DNA of 59,435 nucleotides, counting the filler, from Sphacelaria rigidula (Eukaryota): the NCBI GenBank assembly GCA_964200075.2. It is 8 parts of 8 records of this genome, joined end to end, with 100 filler letters (N's around TTAATTAATTAA, not from the genome) between each part and the next. Parts side by side here need not be neighbours in the genome. Positions count along the whole stretch, not along the records: positions 44,654 to 51,994 come from CAXNAA020015349.1; positions 52,095 to 59,435 come from CAXNAA020015350.1; 6 more parts are not named here. One strand, written 5' to 3'. The position numbers and the translations under genes were made by a program. Shown here in pieces: positions 47,630 to 59,435 of the stretch (its first letter is position 1; each line of letters begins with the position of its first letter). The notes under the pieces were generated by a model, which worked only from the letters and a program-made list of their open reading frames with translations, made no database searches and was not told where the DNA came from.

Positions 47630-47872
47630 GTGTGTACTCCGCGATCCACTTTCCACCTTTTTGGGTGTGCACTACGCGACCCACTTCTCATCTTTGGGTT
47701 GTGTATTACGCGACACACTTTTCATCTTTTGTGTGTGTACTGCGTGATACATTTTTCATCTTTCGCGTGTGTACTACGTGCCACATTTTTCTCTCTTGGT
47801 TCTGTACTGCGTGATCCACCCTTTGGTCGTATCCTACGCGATCCACCTTTTCCTCTTTGGCGGTGTACTACC
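47630..47872 (+). repeat. About 34-bp degenerate minisatellite (about 7 units) upstream of the Gag-like ORF
   Basis: Consensus approximately GTGTGTACTACGCGATCCACTTTTCATCTTTTG. Confidence 0.8.
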
Positions 47873-48927
47873 TGGTTCGTTTTACGATTTACAATTTTGT
47901 TTGTTTCTAAATTTAGTATCTCCCTATCTTCTTTTCAGTTTGGCACCTGATCTGCACCAACATTAGTGTTTCAATCGGCTTCTACGACTGTTTTCTCATG
48001 GAGCCCTGCACTTGACTTCAGTGTTTGGCATCCTCGCTGCCGCCGTTTTGATTCCCTTTCTCGGCTGAATTCCACTGCTATTTACACATCGCCTTCCCTT
48101 TGGCGACGTGATCTACACTGGTCCTGGTGTCTACCTTCGCAATCTCGAGATGTGTTTTTCATCAGCTCCTGTGTGCGGTGTCCTACCAGCACCACCGAAG
48201 AACCTCTGTTATATTTGAGGTGCACAGTGCGCCCGTCGGACATCTGTCCGGGTGTCTGTCTCCTTTCACGGTCGCCTCATTGTTAGGTTTTGCTCTCGCA
48301 CCGCCCCCCTTTCTTGCGACAACTATTGGTTTTGTCTGCGAGTTTGCTCCTTTGCGACTTTTAATACCTGTAGTGTACCCTCAGTGCGCCTTCCTGCGGT
48401 CTCCCACACACGGTTTCCTCTACAGGTATCGTATTCCTGCCACAGTTCCTCCCTTTTCGGCGTTTAGCTTCAGTTCTCCATCTTTTTGCTCTGCTGTCTA
48501 TCTTGTCGGTACTTGGAAATTGCCGAGATTACGCTGATTGTTATTATCACAGCAGTTTGCTGTACTTCGGTGTACCCACATTTATAATTTTTTTAGTCTT
48601 TACCGCTCAATGTTTCGGTACTTGCAATTTCCTGGCGAGCTTACACTGCCTGCTATTATTACACCAGACTATTGTACTCTGGTGTCTAGCGTCCATTTCT
48701 ACCTCTTCAATTCAATATGACGCAACCGAAGAAAACACTCCTCCACTCGACCCTTCCTTCTCACAAATCTGTACGCCGTCAGCGTTTTCTTCCATCCCTT
48801 CCTCCAAAACTATTCACTCTTACTTCTCCTGCACACGAAGATGTAAAATCCGACAGAGCTTCGGCCCTCCACTCTGGCGACTACACGTCTCGGGACTTGG
48901 CTTCCACTGGCGACAACGACCGCCATC

Positions 48928-49449
48928 TGTCCAAGACTTCCAACATGATCGCCGAGTCCCTACGCGCTCGCTCTGTTGCGAAACGCACACCGTCCAAGAC
49001 TTCCGAGAATGATGCTACGATAGGGTCTGCGCTTTTACGGCCTGAGAGGAAATCGGGATTTAGGCATGTCGAACCACCTTTGACTCTCACCACAGTTCTT
49101 AGAGCCTCAGGGTCGAACATGCATCCATGACCCATGAGATAATTCCAGTCTGAGGTTCGGGCGGAGGTCACAATGTTCTCGATGGAACATTACTCTCATG
49201 GCTCTCAGGTCGGTTTTGGCCACAAAAGTGCAGACCCTATCGCAGCATCACTCCCGACATGATCGACGAGTCGCTACGCGCTCGATTTGTTGCGAACCGC
49301 CCACTGTCCAAGACTTCCAACATGACCGACGAGTCGCTACGCGCTCGCTCTGTTGTGAACCGCACACCGTCCAAGACGTCCAACATGATCGACGAGTCGC
49401 TACGCGCTCACCCTGTTGTAAAACGCACACCGTCTAGGAACTCCAACAT
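48928..49449 (+). repeat. 63-bp (21-aa) coding tandem repeat, about 4 copies, interrupted by the MITE
   Basis: NMIDESLRARSVVNRTPSKTS-type units. Confidence 0.88.
49007..49253. mobile_element. 247-bp GAG...CTC TIR MITE with 4-bp TSD CCGA
   Basis: GAATGATGCTACGATAGGGTCTGCGCTTTT / AAAAGTGCAGACCCTATCGCAGCATCACTC. Removing it restores the 63-bp coding repeat. Confidence 0.88.
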
Positions 49450-51994
49450 ATCTGACAAGTTGCCACGCGTTGCCACTGTTGTGAATTTCAAACGGCTCCA
49501 GGCTTCCACCGCGATTATTCAATCACTCCACGCTCGCGGTGTTGACGAACGACACCCGTCCATGCCTTCCGACGTTTTCCGCACGCCGCACAACGGTTCC
49601 GATGCCTTACAACGTCCGCGACGACACGACATGCATCGTGAGGCCATTTCTGTTCACCAGCCCTCGCGCCGAACATTCTCCTCGAGTCTTGACCACTCTG
49701 AAGAGCCTTCCATAGAGCACTTGCCTTTAGTCACGGCTCTTCAGCACTTACTCCGTTCATCACCGGCTGTCATTTCTGATGGTCCGGCGACAACTGCCCT
49801 CTCACAAGCGCTTGCGGCCGCGTTTCACACAGCCGTTCAACATTCGGCGTCTCCAGATCGTGTTTACTTTGATAGTAATGCGAACCATCGGGCCTCTGTC
49901 CCAGCGTCTGCAGACCCTGATGACGAACTTTCGACCTCAGATGTTCCCTCTGATTTGGATTTGGATGGTGACGACATTGTTCACCATGGTGATCGTACTA
50001 CTCATGTCGATGTCGTGCATGCCCCGTTATGGGGATTATCATCAACCACGGGATCCTCACGACCTAAATCTGTCGATCGGACCCATGTGAGCTCACGACT
50101 GCCCGTTGATGCTTCGTTGACTGATCTTCACGCACCTTTGCGCGACGGACGCAGCACTAACCGTGCCCTTCCACCCCATCCTGATGCTGCCGCTGTGCGT
50201 GCTGTGGAACGACAAATTGCAGATCTTCGTCGATACCTGCGATCAGCTTCCACCATGGCCAACACCCCTGCACCTTCGACCACCGCTCCTGTCGCAGTCG
50301 CCTCCAATACTGCTGCCGCCGACGTCAATACAGATGCTGAGAGCATCCGCGTCGCGCACCTCGCCCCCAGCGCGGCAGCGACTGCGGCTGCCGACACGGC
50401 GGCCCCGGGTGACACCCCTGTTACGGCTACCAATGCGGGATTTGACACTTCCCCGCCGGATGCTGCCGCTACTGGTCCAACTCCAGAGCCTGCACCCACG
50501 TCTCCCACGGACGACCACCCCCTGTTGGGCGTCGAGCATTGCTCGCCGGGCCTCCTACCCCGGCTCTGGTTGCGTGGTCCCCGCTCCGATCAGGAGCAAA
50601 TCCTCGACGAGTACCGAGCAATGCAACCGGCCACGCCCTCTGCGCCACCCTCACCCCGCCGAACGGCGGATGACGCTGCTAATCATCTCCTTCTCGACGA
50701 CCTCACAGCACGCCTCACGCGCCAACGTCAGGCGGCTCAAAAGACTTTGAATGGACGCCTAACAGCGTTTGACAAGATGCGTGACTCCATTCGGCGCGAC
50801 GAACAACGTCTGCGCCAATATACTGCAGCCACGGCCACCACCACCACGGCCTTACGCTCCTTGGAACAGGAGCAACATCTTCCTCTTCTGAGGACGATGC
50901 CGACAGCGCCAGCGCCTGCCCCTACTTCTGCAATTTCAGGCTCAGCGGAGACCCGCCAGCCCTCGCGTACATACGCTGCTGCTGCCGCTCCTACAGCCTC
51001 GCCTGCGCGCACCCCACCAGCACCACAGCAGGCTCCTCAGGCCTCACACGTTGGCTCCGCCTTCAGGAAAGTGAACGTTCTTGGCTTTTCTGGACGCTCC
51101 GTCAACTTTCGGGTAGATACTACCGCAACAACATTCTCCGCGCTTCCGAGCAGGCTTGGAGCTCGCTCACATTGCCTTTAAACAGTGTGATCGTCCGTTT
51201 CCTCCAGCAAGCGGGACAACTACCAAACAACGACCCGGGCGACCTCACCATCGAACGACTCGTACTGTACCTTACGATCGGTACCGGGCGCAATCGTCCC
51301 ACCTACGAAACCGCCGTCGCTGCCCTCTTTAACGCTATGTGTGCCGCCCACGACACGCTAACACCCGACGATGACGACGACAGGATCACACCCCACCCCT
51401 CTCATCACCACCGTGATGATGACTTCGACGGTGACCAACCCGGGGCCGAACCACGCCGCGGACAAGGCGCCCACCGTACAAACATCAACAACAACCGCCG
51501 TACCACCTGGGGCAGTCATAAGCGCTCTGGCAACCAGTCTTCGGGCCCATCTATACCAAGACGCCAATACGCTTTAACGCGACCCGCTCGGCCTTCACCG
51601 GCCGTTAGGCAAGTAGCGCCTCCTTTAGCAGATGCGTCTGCTCGCCTTCTAGGTCTTACGGATAGTGATAGTGACAATTCGGCTCGCCCATTGTCTTCTA
51701 CCTCGGCTCGGTCATTAGCTGCCGCCGCCGCAACCAAACAACAAGCTATCGCTGATAAAGCCGCCTCTGATACTCGTAGAGAAGCATCTCGTGTCGCTGC
51801 CACCAAGCGCGAGACTTACAGATGAATGTTAAGAAACTATGGCATATCAAAACCATGCCTGCTGCAGATAATGAGGATTCTGGTCAGTTAACATCCGCTC
51901 TCATTTCCTCAATGTGTCGAACTATGCGAAACATCCTCCAGTTGGCCGACGCAACTGGACAACAACGTTTAACAGCAAATTGTGAGAATTGAGG

Positions 51995-52094
51995 NNNNNN
52001 NNNNNNNNNNNNNNNNNNNNNNNNNNNNNNNNNNNNNNTTAATTAATTAANNNNNNNNNNNNNNNNNNNNNNNNNNNNNNNNNNNNNNNNNNNN
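51995..52094. other. Artificial contig spacer
   Basis: N44-TTAATTAATTAA-N44. Confidence 0.99.
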
Positions 52095-54020
52095 TGTTTA
52101 ACACGGCTCGGGAGGCAGCGGAGGCATGGAAGACGGTGGAAGCGGCGGATAAGCAGCGCCGTCAGCAGCCGCAGCTGAAACAAAGGAGTGGCAACGGGAC
52201 TTCCGGAAGCAAGCGCCAACCAAATGGTGGAAACACGGCGAGCAGTGGAAATGGGACTGCCCGGAAACCGGGCCCAAGCTATGCAGGTTGTTTCTCATGT
52301 GGAGACAAGGGCCACTTCATGAAGGATTGTAAGCAGCAAAGTCAAACTGCTGCTACACAACATACTACAGGTGGGCAGTCGAAGGCCGGCGACACGCAGC
52401 AGCAACAACAGCAGCTGTCGCAGGGCCCTGGGCAGGTGCCTCGCGGAGGGGGCACGAGTCCCGCCCCTACGAGGGCTGTCTTTTCAGCCGATAGACAAAG
52501 TGCTCCCAGCGGGGGGGCGACGTTGCCACCAGAACCGGTCGTTCCTACTGGTGGCGTGCAGCAGACCATCTCATCGCACTCTCTCCCGGGTTCGAACTCT
52601 GCGGCGGTGCCAGCATGGAGATCGCTCAAAGCGGGTGAGGTGTCAGGTTTTCAATCTGAGGGTCTGCAAGTAGATCACAAGGGAAGGTGGTGTCTTACCG
52701 ACTTGTCTGTCCCGAGTGCAGGGGCAAAGGGTGTTTGTCCGGTCACGGCTATTTTAGATTCAGGATCTGGACTTACGACCATGTCAGCTGGTGTGGCGGC
52801 GAAATTGCAAGCCATGGTTCTCGATGTCCAAGTGGTGAGATCGATGGCTGGTGAACAGTTGGTGAAATTGGCAAATGGCAATGTTGAGCGCGTGAAGCAG
52901 AAAACTTGCCCCGTCCGCATCGCTTTACACACGAGCTGGGGACTGGTTGTGCTGGACCCATGTTCATATGCGGTCATGCCGGGTACAGATGATGTGATCA
53001 TCATGGGGAGCCCTACGCTGGAGGCGCTGGGCATTGACGTGTACAGTAGCTTAGGTGCCCGTGCACGTGCAAGGAACACTTCGGTGCGAGGTGTAAACGC
53101 GCCTGATTTTACGGACTGTCGGCGTGTCAGTACCACGGTTGACGCTTTACAGTAACCAGGAGGTCGGGCGGAGTCCGTTTATTCCTTAGTCGAGCGGTTG
53201 TTGTCGAGAAGTCCGGCGATGAGCATATCCCCGGAACAAGAGCTTGCTGAGCTTGATGTGCGCCGGAGGAGCCAGTACAAGCCGCCGCGGGTAACGGCAT
53301 ATCGGATAGCGACATGAGCCAAATTCATGAGCCTGCACGGAACAGAGCGAGCATTTTTAGGCGAGTGCTGCATAGTTATCCGCCTGATCGCGTCGAGCCC
53401 TTGAAGCTGAAATTCAAACCTGCTGCTGTGGAGGCAAAGGCTCGGCCGAGGGCGTGCTTTCCGGTCAGGATGGCGTGGTTGGCACGCTACATCGCAACAT
53501 TGGTGGCGCTCGGGCTCGTGTACTGTAGTTTGCAGGTAGAGTGGACGAGAGCGGCGATTGCAACGCCCGAGAAGTCCTGCTTTCGCTGGATGAATGCATA
53601 CAAGGCGGGGGAGGGAGGTTCCCATCACCACAAGGAGATGGTGTATGATGTTCGCCCAGGGAAGGTTTTTCATTTCAATTTTCTCAGTGTTGACGAGGGT
53701 GGTCCGCTGGGAGATAATGGCTTGGACAAAGGAGATCGGTTCAAGTACATATTGGTAAGGATGGATGACCCGGGTGACTTCGTGCGGTTGGAGCCCGCGG
53801 AGTCTTGTACGGCGGCAACGACGGTGAAGCATCTGTTGACATAGTGCAAAGCGCTGGGGCCGCAGGAGGGATGGGTCAGCGATACGGTATCGCAACATGA
53901 GAATCGTGTGGTGAGAGTGCTCAAGAAGGCGCTGATGGATCGCAGATTCGTGGTGGCCAACTCGCGGTTGTCACATCGTGAATGTGAGCGACTGGTGCGT
54001 GACATTGTTCGTACCTTGAA
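52095..54020 (+). mobile_element. Internally deleted Ty3/gypsy LTR retrotransposon (gag knuckle, protease, RT start, integrase remnant)
   Basis: CFSCGDKGHFMKDC, AILDSGSG...IIMGSPTL, ARPRACFP, then PGKVFHFNFL...YILVRMDD...WVSD...GECERLVRDIV-like remnants. Confidence 0.85.
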
Positions 54021-54049
54021 GGTCACAAATGCAGAGAGGAAGACGCGAT

Positions 54050-55570
54050 GCCAACGCCTGGGTGGGTTTGGTACCTGCCGTGCAGTGGGCATTGCACACT
54101 GGTTTTCGGGACAGCTGTGAGAGCTGTAGCTGCATCTATGATACGAGGAGCGACTGTTGGAGTGGAAGCGCTACTCAATCTACGGTGTGGACGAGATTGT
54201 AGCCGGAGAGCTGCTGTTTTTCAGGAGGAGCGCAGGAGAATTACAAGGCAGGCATTGCCTGAGGTGCTCGATGTTGCGGTGAGCGCCGGGTTGGGTGATG
54301 TCAAGGAGCAAGTGCTAATGGAATTGCTTGTTGAGAATGAGGAAGCACATTGTGACTTGTATACCTGAATCGTTTTGTGGACGATTGTAGGTGGTGGTGA
54401 TGTGGTTCCTGGACTTGTCTGTTGTGTTGCGCTGGTTGGCACGCATGATACATGGTGGTTTCTGCAAAGAAGCTGCTGAGAGAAATATGAGCATGCAGGT
54501 GTGACTGATGTGCATGGTGCCTGATGAAGAGTCAGAGTGAGACAGTTTTCAATACACTGCTGTGTGCTGAATGAAATAAAGCTCGTATGTTATTGTTCGC
54601 GCAAAAAAGTGGAATCATTTTTGTGCGGTTGCAGAAATTGACTGTAGGAGATGGTAATTGCTGCTGCTGGCGTGAAAATGAGCGGAGACTACGAAATGCG
54701 TAGGCTTGTATGTGAACAAGTATAACGTCAGTATTTCCAGAGGTTGACGATAAAAGAAATCGTGCGCGAGTACAGTAATCTTTTACTGTGGTACATCTTT
54801 GATGGCTTGTCATGTGTTTGGATAAGCGCATAGATGGTGTTTCGCATCTGTAAAACGGAGAATGTGGATGGTGTGCCCATTTTTCTGAAAGGAGCACCGC
54901 ATATTTGTTCTGAGCTGCGTCAGTTAAAACTGAGTCGATAGGTGCGGGCACGGTTGTAGGCAAAGTACAGTATCAAGCTCTGAGTGCATGGTATGATTGG
55001 ATGCTACGGTTTAAAATGGTATTTTCCTCGGCGCGTTTGCTTTATGTGAGCATGCCACGACTGGAAATTGCCGTTGAATGAATTATTGACTTCACTAAAT
55101 TCGATTGAGACGCTGTGTTCAAGTGTCATTGTTCAGCGTTTTGCGAATGATCATTTTCTTTGTGAACATGGCATAGCATGGTCATGTGTCACCAACAGGC
55201 GGACGAAGGTAGCATGAACGTGTTTGTCGGTGTCTACTGTTTGTCAAACTCGCTTTCTACTTCGAGTAGTGCGGAGTTTGTGGGGTGCTGTAAAGTAGTC
55301 CACCTCCAGTACACGTACGTGCAGATTCATGATGATATACAAGTGGAATAATCTGCTGTAGGCGTTTTCTATTGTTGGACGGACGTGCAGGTCTGATCGG
55401 CAGACTATGTGGATTTGAACATCATATGCTTCACGCATGTAGCTACTTCCGATAACGAAGGCTGTGTGTTTATGAATAACAACTGCCTTGAAGCCTCCAG
55501 GCCCTAGTGAGGGAGGAAGCCCTTGGAGCAACCTTGTGACCTTGTTCTGAGTCCAGGAGGGCTCTATACC
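54050..55570 (-). mobile_element. Decayed 5'-truncated non-LTR reverse transcriptase region (CRE/RLE-clade-like)
   Basis: LLQGLPPSLGPGGF...IH (cf. QGDPLGPLLF), IVCRSDLHV (cf. AYxDD), and Q-AY-x-SLRSF...P-x-VNF-x-x-R remnants in order. Confidence 0.4.
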
Positions 55571-55574
55571 AACC

Positions 55575-58116
55575 ATCGCCAGATAGATAAAAAACAATAT
55601 GCCGTAAGTGAGGGGGAATGTCATCCCACAACTTTTGAAAACTGGCGCGTTGTTCTGGAGAAAATCTACCCAGTAATGCAGTTGGGGGTTGAGGGTCAGG
55701 CGCATCCGGTGGATTTGTCACCACCATGGGGTCAGGCATGTGTAGCGGAGGGGGGCCCGTGGATGTCGGGGGGTCGGTCGGCGAGTGGTTGTTCGTCGGG
55801 GGGCACACATCTGACAGGGCGGTTCGTATGAGAGGCGCTTGAGCATAACCCGACAACTGACTGTTGAGTATATCGAAAAATGCCGGGGATGTGAGGTAAA
55901 TGGCCTGCCTACCTTCGTGGACAAAGACTTCGGTCTGTTCAAACGGACCAAGCTGTGCTTGGTCAGGTTTGGGCAATTCGACCAAATAGTGTCCTGTGAG
56001 GGCGGGCGATCCATTGCGTCTCACGAGGTTTACTTGGGTTAGTTGGGGTTCACGAGAAAGCGAGATTACCGGTTCACCAACATAGTACAGACGAAAAGCA
56101 TTACCTGTTTTCATGGGGTCACCTTCATAAGCATGAGCTCCCGAATCAGTGTCGAAGTGGCCCAGTGATAGTTTGCCTATAAGTGAACGATTCGGGACAG
56201 ATGTGTCCGTCGTATACGTGTGTGTGGAAAAACGAAGCCAACTATCTCGACCCAACAAAACATCAAAAGTCATGAAACCGTCGGGCACTATTAGTGCCCA
56301 TACGAACAACCGAGCAATGGGAGTAGTATCCTGGTAGAATTGTACACTTAGTCTCACCAATTGATTGACCGTAAGACATGTGGAGAAACCAAAACCATCA
56401 AAAACACGAGGGTGCACGGTGGACAGACAATGCTCGTCCGCCGCGCCCGCGTTGATCATCTGTTGCCAGCAGCTGGCTGCAATGAACGTTTGAGGTGAAC
56501 CAGAGTCTGGTAGTGCAAGAGCTATCAAATGACAGTTTGCACACGCTCCACTATGTAAACCTATCTTGGTCGTAAAAGAAGCATCATCCATAGTTGCAAT
56601 ACCACTGACGAGATCGGGCCCGAATTCGGGTAAGACACCTGACACATCCTGCTTTGCGTTTTGAACGAAGGTGCTAAAATTCACCCGTTGATGATCCTGT
56701 GGGACAAGCTTTTGGTCGGAAGGGTGGTGCGTACATGGAGTGTCAGTGTTTGTACCTGGAATATTTGTATCATCAGCCGAGGGTTGAATCTCATGTACTG
56801 CAACGGAGGGGCGATGCTGGGGAAGGGCAGTTGTCGTGGTTGGACCCGACAACTGATCTGTGCGTGGTGTTTCACCCTTATTGGCCAACAGAGGGGGCGA
56901 ATCGTCCTTGTGCAAAGTGGGGTCAATTATATTATCCCGCTTGGTCGGAACAGAGGACGATTCATCGGGGCGCGGTGTTGAGTTTGATACGCCAATCAAC
57001 TCAATACCATCACCATCACTAGTTAGGGCCAACATGGGAGGTTTTGGAGACGATTTGTCAGGACGCAGGGTTGGTAAAGCTGTACTGTTCAACCCGGCGT
57101 CTATTAAAGGGTCTAACGTGACGAGTTAGGAGACGAGTCGTCTTGCGTAACACTTTGTTTGCCTGGTGACGAACACACGATTGAGGCGCCTTCATGACTA
57201 GGATGCGAACGTCCATGAGTCGGCGAAGTCTCTGTCCCTACAGACGGCATCGCTTCATCGGAAATACGTTCTAACGTAGTGCACGCGGGGTGGTTAGGGA
57301 GCAGTAACGATCTGTTCGAAATCTGGGGAGTACCGGCCTGTTCCACTCTAAGGTTTTCATCTGTCTGAGCCCACACGCAATCTCCTCCTTGGAGTTCACG
57401 TGCGCTTGCTCCACCAGGGTTATCTACATGATCATCTGGAGGAGCCCGCCTCTGGTGACGCGTGTAGCGCACGAAAGGGTCGGCGGCTCCAGGGGCTGTT
57501 GAAATGAGTTCTTGGACAGTCGAACCTAGGTCACGCTCTTGGCGCACCACCTGAGTCGCTGTCACTTGGGGTTCTATTCCAACCCGCTGAGCGACGGAAA
57601 GCATGGGTTCTTCGCGGTTGCGATCCTTCAAGGAATAATTACGCTCATCAAATAAAAGGGAACCGGGTACCGTAGTTTTTGCGGAACTCGGTAGGGTGGT
57701 TAGCCGGGCACTTGAGCAGTTGGGGGGTGCTTGAGTGTGTGGCTTTGAATATGGTGTTCTCCGATAAACAGTCGAGGCAGCAGTGTCTATCGTACCAGAA
57801 GATATTTCGGCTCCGGATGCGTGAGAGCTACACTACATGACTTCCTCTCCTTCGAAGGGAAGGGGTTTGATTGAATATGATTAGTACCTGGTGAATGTAA
57901 AACTGGTTGATCAAATCCAGGATGAAAACGTTGGGTTTGGTCACTGCTCAATTCATAGCCATGCAACGGTGCAGGGGCTTCGACTGTCTTGGAACCCTTC
58001 AAGGCAGTGTTAGCATATCCAGGGAACCCACACCACATGGTTGAACCCGCGGTGGCAACCGCTGATTCGTGCGTGTGGTGTGTGTGACCTGGCCGAGCGG
58101 AAACAATGGTTGACAT
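55575..58116 (-). mobile_element. Retroelement pol N-terminal fragment with aspartic protease (gypsy-like), truncated before RT
   Basis: 540-aa intronless ORF 57092-55470 with ALPDSGSPQTF and DVLLGRD retropepsin motifs, preceded by low-complexity frames. Confidence 0.75.
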
Positions 58117-58344
58117 AAAATTGTTGGATACTTCTGCAGGGAACTACCGGTCATTGTCTATTTCTAATTGTGGGATTGTACCGACTGATGAAAAATGAAT
58201 TACAGATGTATAAAATAAACAGGCAGGTGGCGGTGCTTAGGTTTTGAGCTAAGCAACGCGTCCTGGGTCACCTCACTGGATGCTATCTGGAATCTCCGGA
58301 ACTTGTAGAACGTTCCCAACAGGTTGTCAATTTGTGAGGTGAGC

Positions 58345-58594
58345 GAGTCATCCTACGATAGGGGAGGGGGTATTTGGTTGCATGAAAAAAAAGGCTCATA
58401 AATGTGTCAGACGACCTGCCGCACTCGCCGTGCGCTTGTGTTTGGTTCAAAATTGTGTCTATCGGTAAGAACGAGCGTGATTTATCTACAACAAGCTCGT
58501 TCGAGCAAACGTTGCTGCTTTCAACCACAACACGACTCGGAATTTCGTACAAGAAATGGCCCCAAATACCCCCCCCCCTATTGTAGGATGACTC
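58345..58594. mobile_element. 250-bp GAG...CTC TIR MITE with 4-bp TSD GAGC
   Basis: GAGTCATCCTACGATAGGGG...CCCCTATTGTAGGATGACTC flanked by GAGC at 58341-58344 and 58595-58598. Confidence 0.9.
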
Positions 58595-59435
58595 GAGCAT
58601 CAGTGTTGTGTGGGTACCGACCTGGTGGGGTGCGGAGGTCATCGTCAGGAAAGGATTTCGTAGCATTAGGACTCACGTGGAGAGATGCCATCTGAGAATG
58701 AAGAGGGGGAACACCGTCAGCGGTTTGAGTGGCTGGTTGGTGTACAGGGGAGTGGGCACCAACGGGGTTAGGGTGAGCATGTGGAGGAGGATTGTCTCCC
58801 TACGACGCTCTCATCCACATCACAACGTTCTGGTTCGTTTTCTTTTTTCGCTTGTTTCTCTACGCGTGGTTGACTTGTACGGTCGGTCACCACTGTCTGT
58901 AGGGAGTGCACCGTCCTTCGTATCGTATTTCCAGAGGCAATATCAGCGTAGCTGGCGATACTCATATAACAGCACCGCCTAGTTCACTGAAAATGGCCAA
59001 GTTGGGGTCTCGATCACGTATCATCGTGCAGGTAGACAATTAATGAATGTACAAGCACAACCATAATACAAATGTGTAGGGCAGTACAGGCAGCGACGTA
59101 CGAAGCACCAGACAGAAAAATGCACGGTGGCACACTACAGTACATATGATCTTCGCGTGGGGTAGCGGAGGGTCGGGTCAATGGTGCTGTACCGACGTCA
59201 AATCGTTCGTATTACACGAAGAACACCCCACACCCGCTATATCCGCGCCGTATTCATATCTGCAATGCAATATAGATGATTTCGTTCAGATGGTGCTGCA
59301 GTACCAACGTATGTACACCACGGCACCTCGCCGTCCGCAACATATTGCCCGCCGAGACCATTTGGAACTCAGACGGTACTATTGTAATGCGTGAGAGGAC
59401 CGCGTGCTTAGAGGACCGCATCGGAATTTGAACAT

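Larger units (their letters stand above)
48717..51970 (+). mobile_element. Degenerate very long Gag-like ORF, same family as 10783-14716
   Basis: 640-aa and 217-aa frames plus a frameshifted tail. Shared blocks EH..GLL.RL, QAW.S, L..LVL..TIG.G, RPLSST.AR.LA.AA and MPAADNEDSGQ.TSAL. Confidence 0.6.

Noticed and set aside
47630-47872. CRISPR-like periodic repeat
   Set aside because: Units are contiguous and degenerate with no unique spacers; no cas genes; eukaryotic context.
1-59435. Fanzor/TnpB RNA-guided nuclease or endogenous giant-virus core genes
   Set aside because: No ORF in the track shows RuvC-type DPG/E/DxNAA motifs with a CxxC finger, or recognisable viral core proteins; a profile search would be needed to exclude decayed copies.

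Overview
This is not one locus. It is eight unrelated eukaryotic contigs of 7343-7341 bp in descending length order (1-7343, 7444-14786, 14887-22228, 22329-29670, 29771-37112, 37213-44553, 44654-51994, 52095-59435). They are joined by artificial 100-bp N/TTAATTAATTAA/N spacers. Short exons, long spliceosomal introns and the repeat content suggest a stramenopile, probably a brown alga (inference). Host genes are all partial: a 9-exon multi-CBS-domain gene with a GC-AG intron, two large exons of an acidic low-complexity protein, a MYND-finger exon, and two exons of a CAMK/CDPK-type kinase. The rest is mostly nested transposon debris: Ty1/copia, Ty3/gypsy, non-LTR relics, a tRNA-derived SINE, several MITE families, plus an organellar LSU rRNA fragment. 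The most unusual signals are (i) a LINE family whose ORF2 stop is followed by GTACG and a poly(C) tail, with a target-site duplication next to a C-run; (ii) about 250-bp MITEs with unrelated interiors sharing one GAG...CTC TIR and 4-bp TSDs (Sola2-like); (iii) a four-arm hairpin-of-hairpins; and (iv) a >1000-aa Gag-like ORF family cut in two contigs by the same foreign sequence end. No intact novel protein-coding system, CRISPR array or Fanzor/TnpB ORF could be supported.
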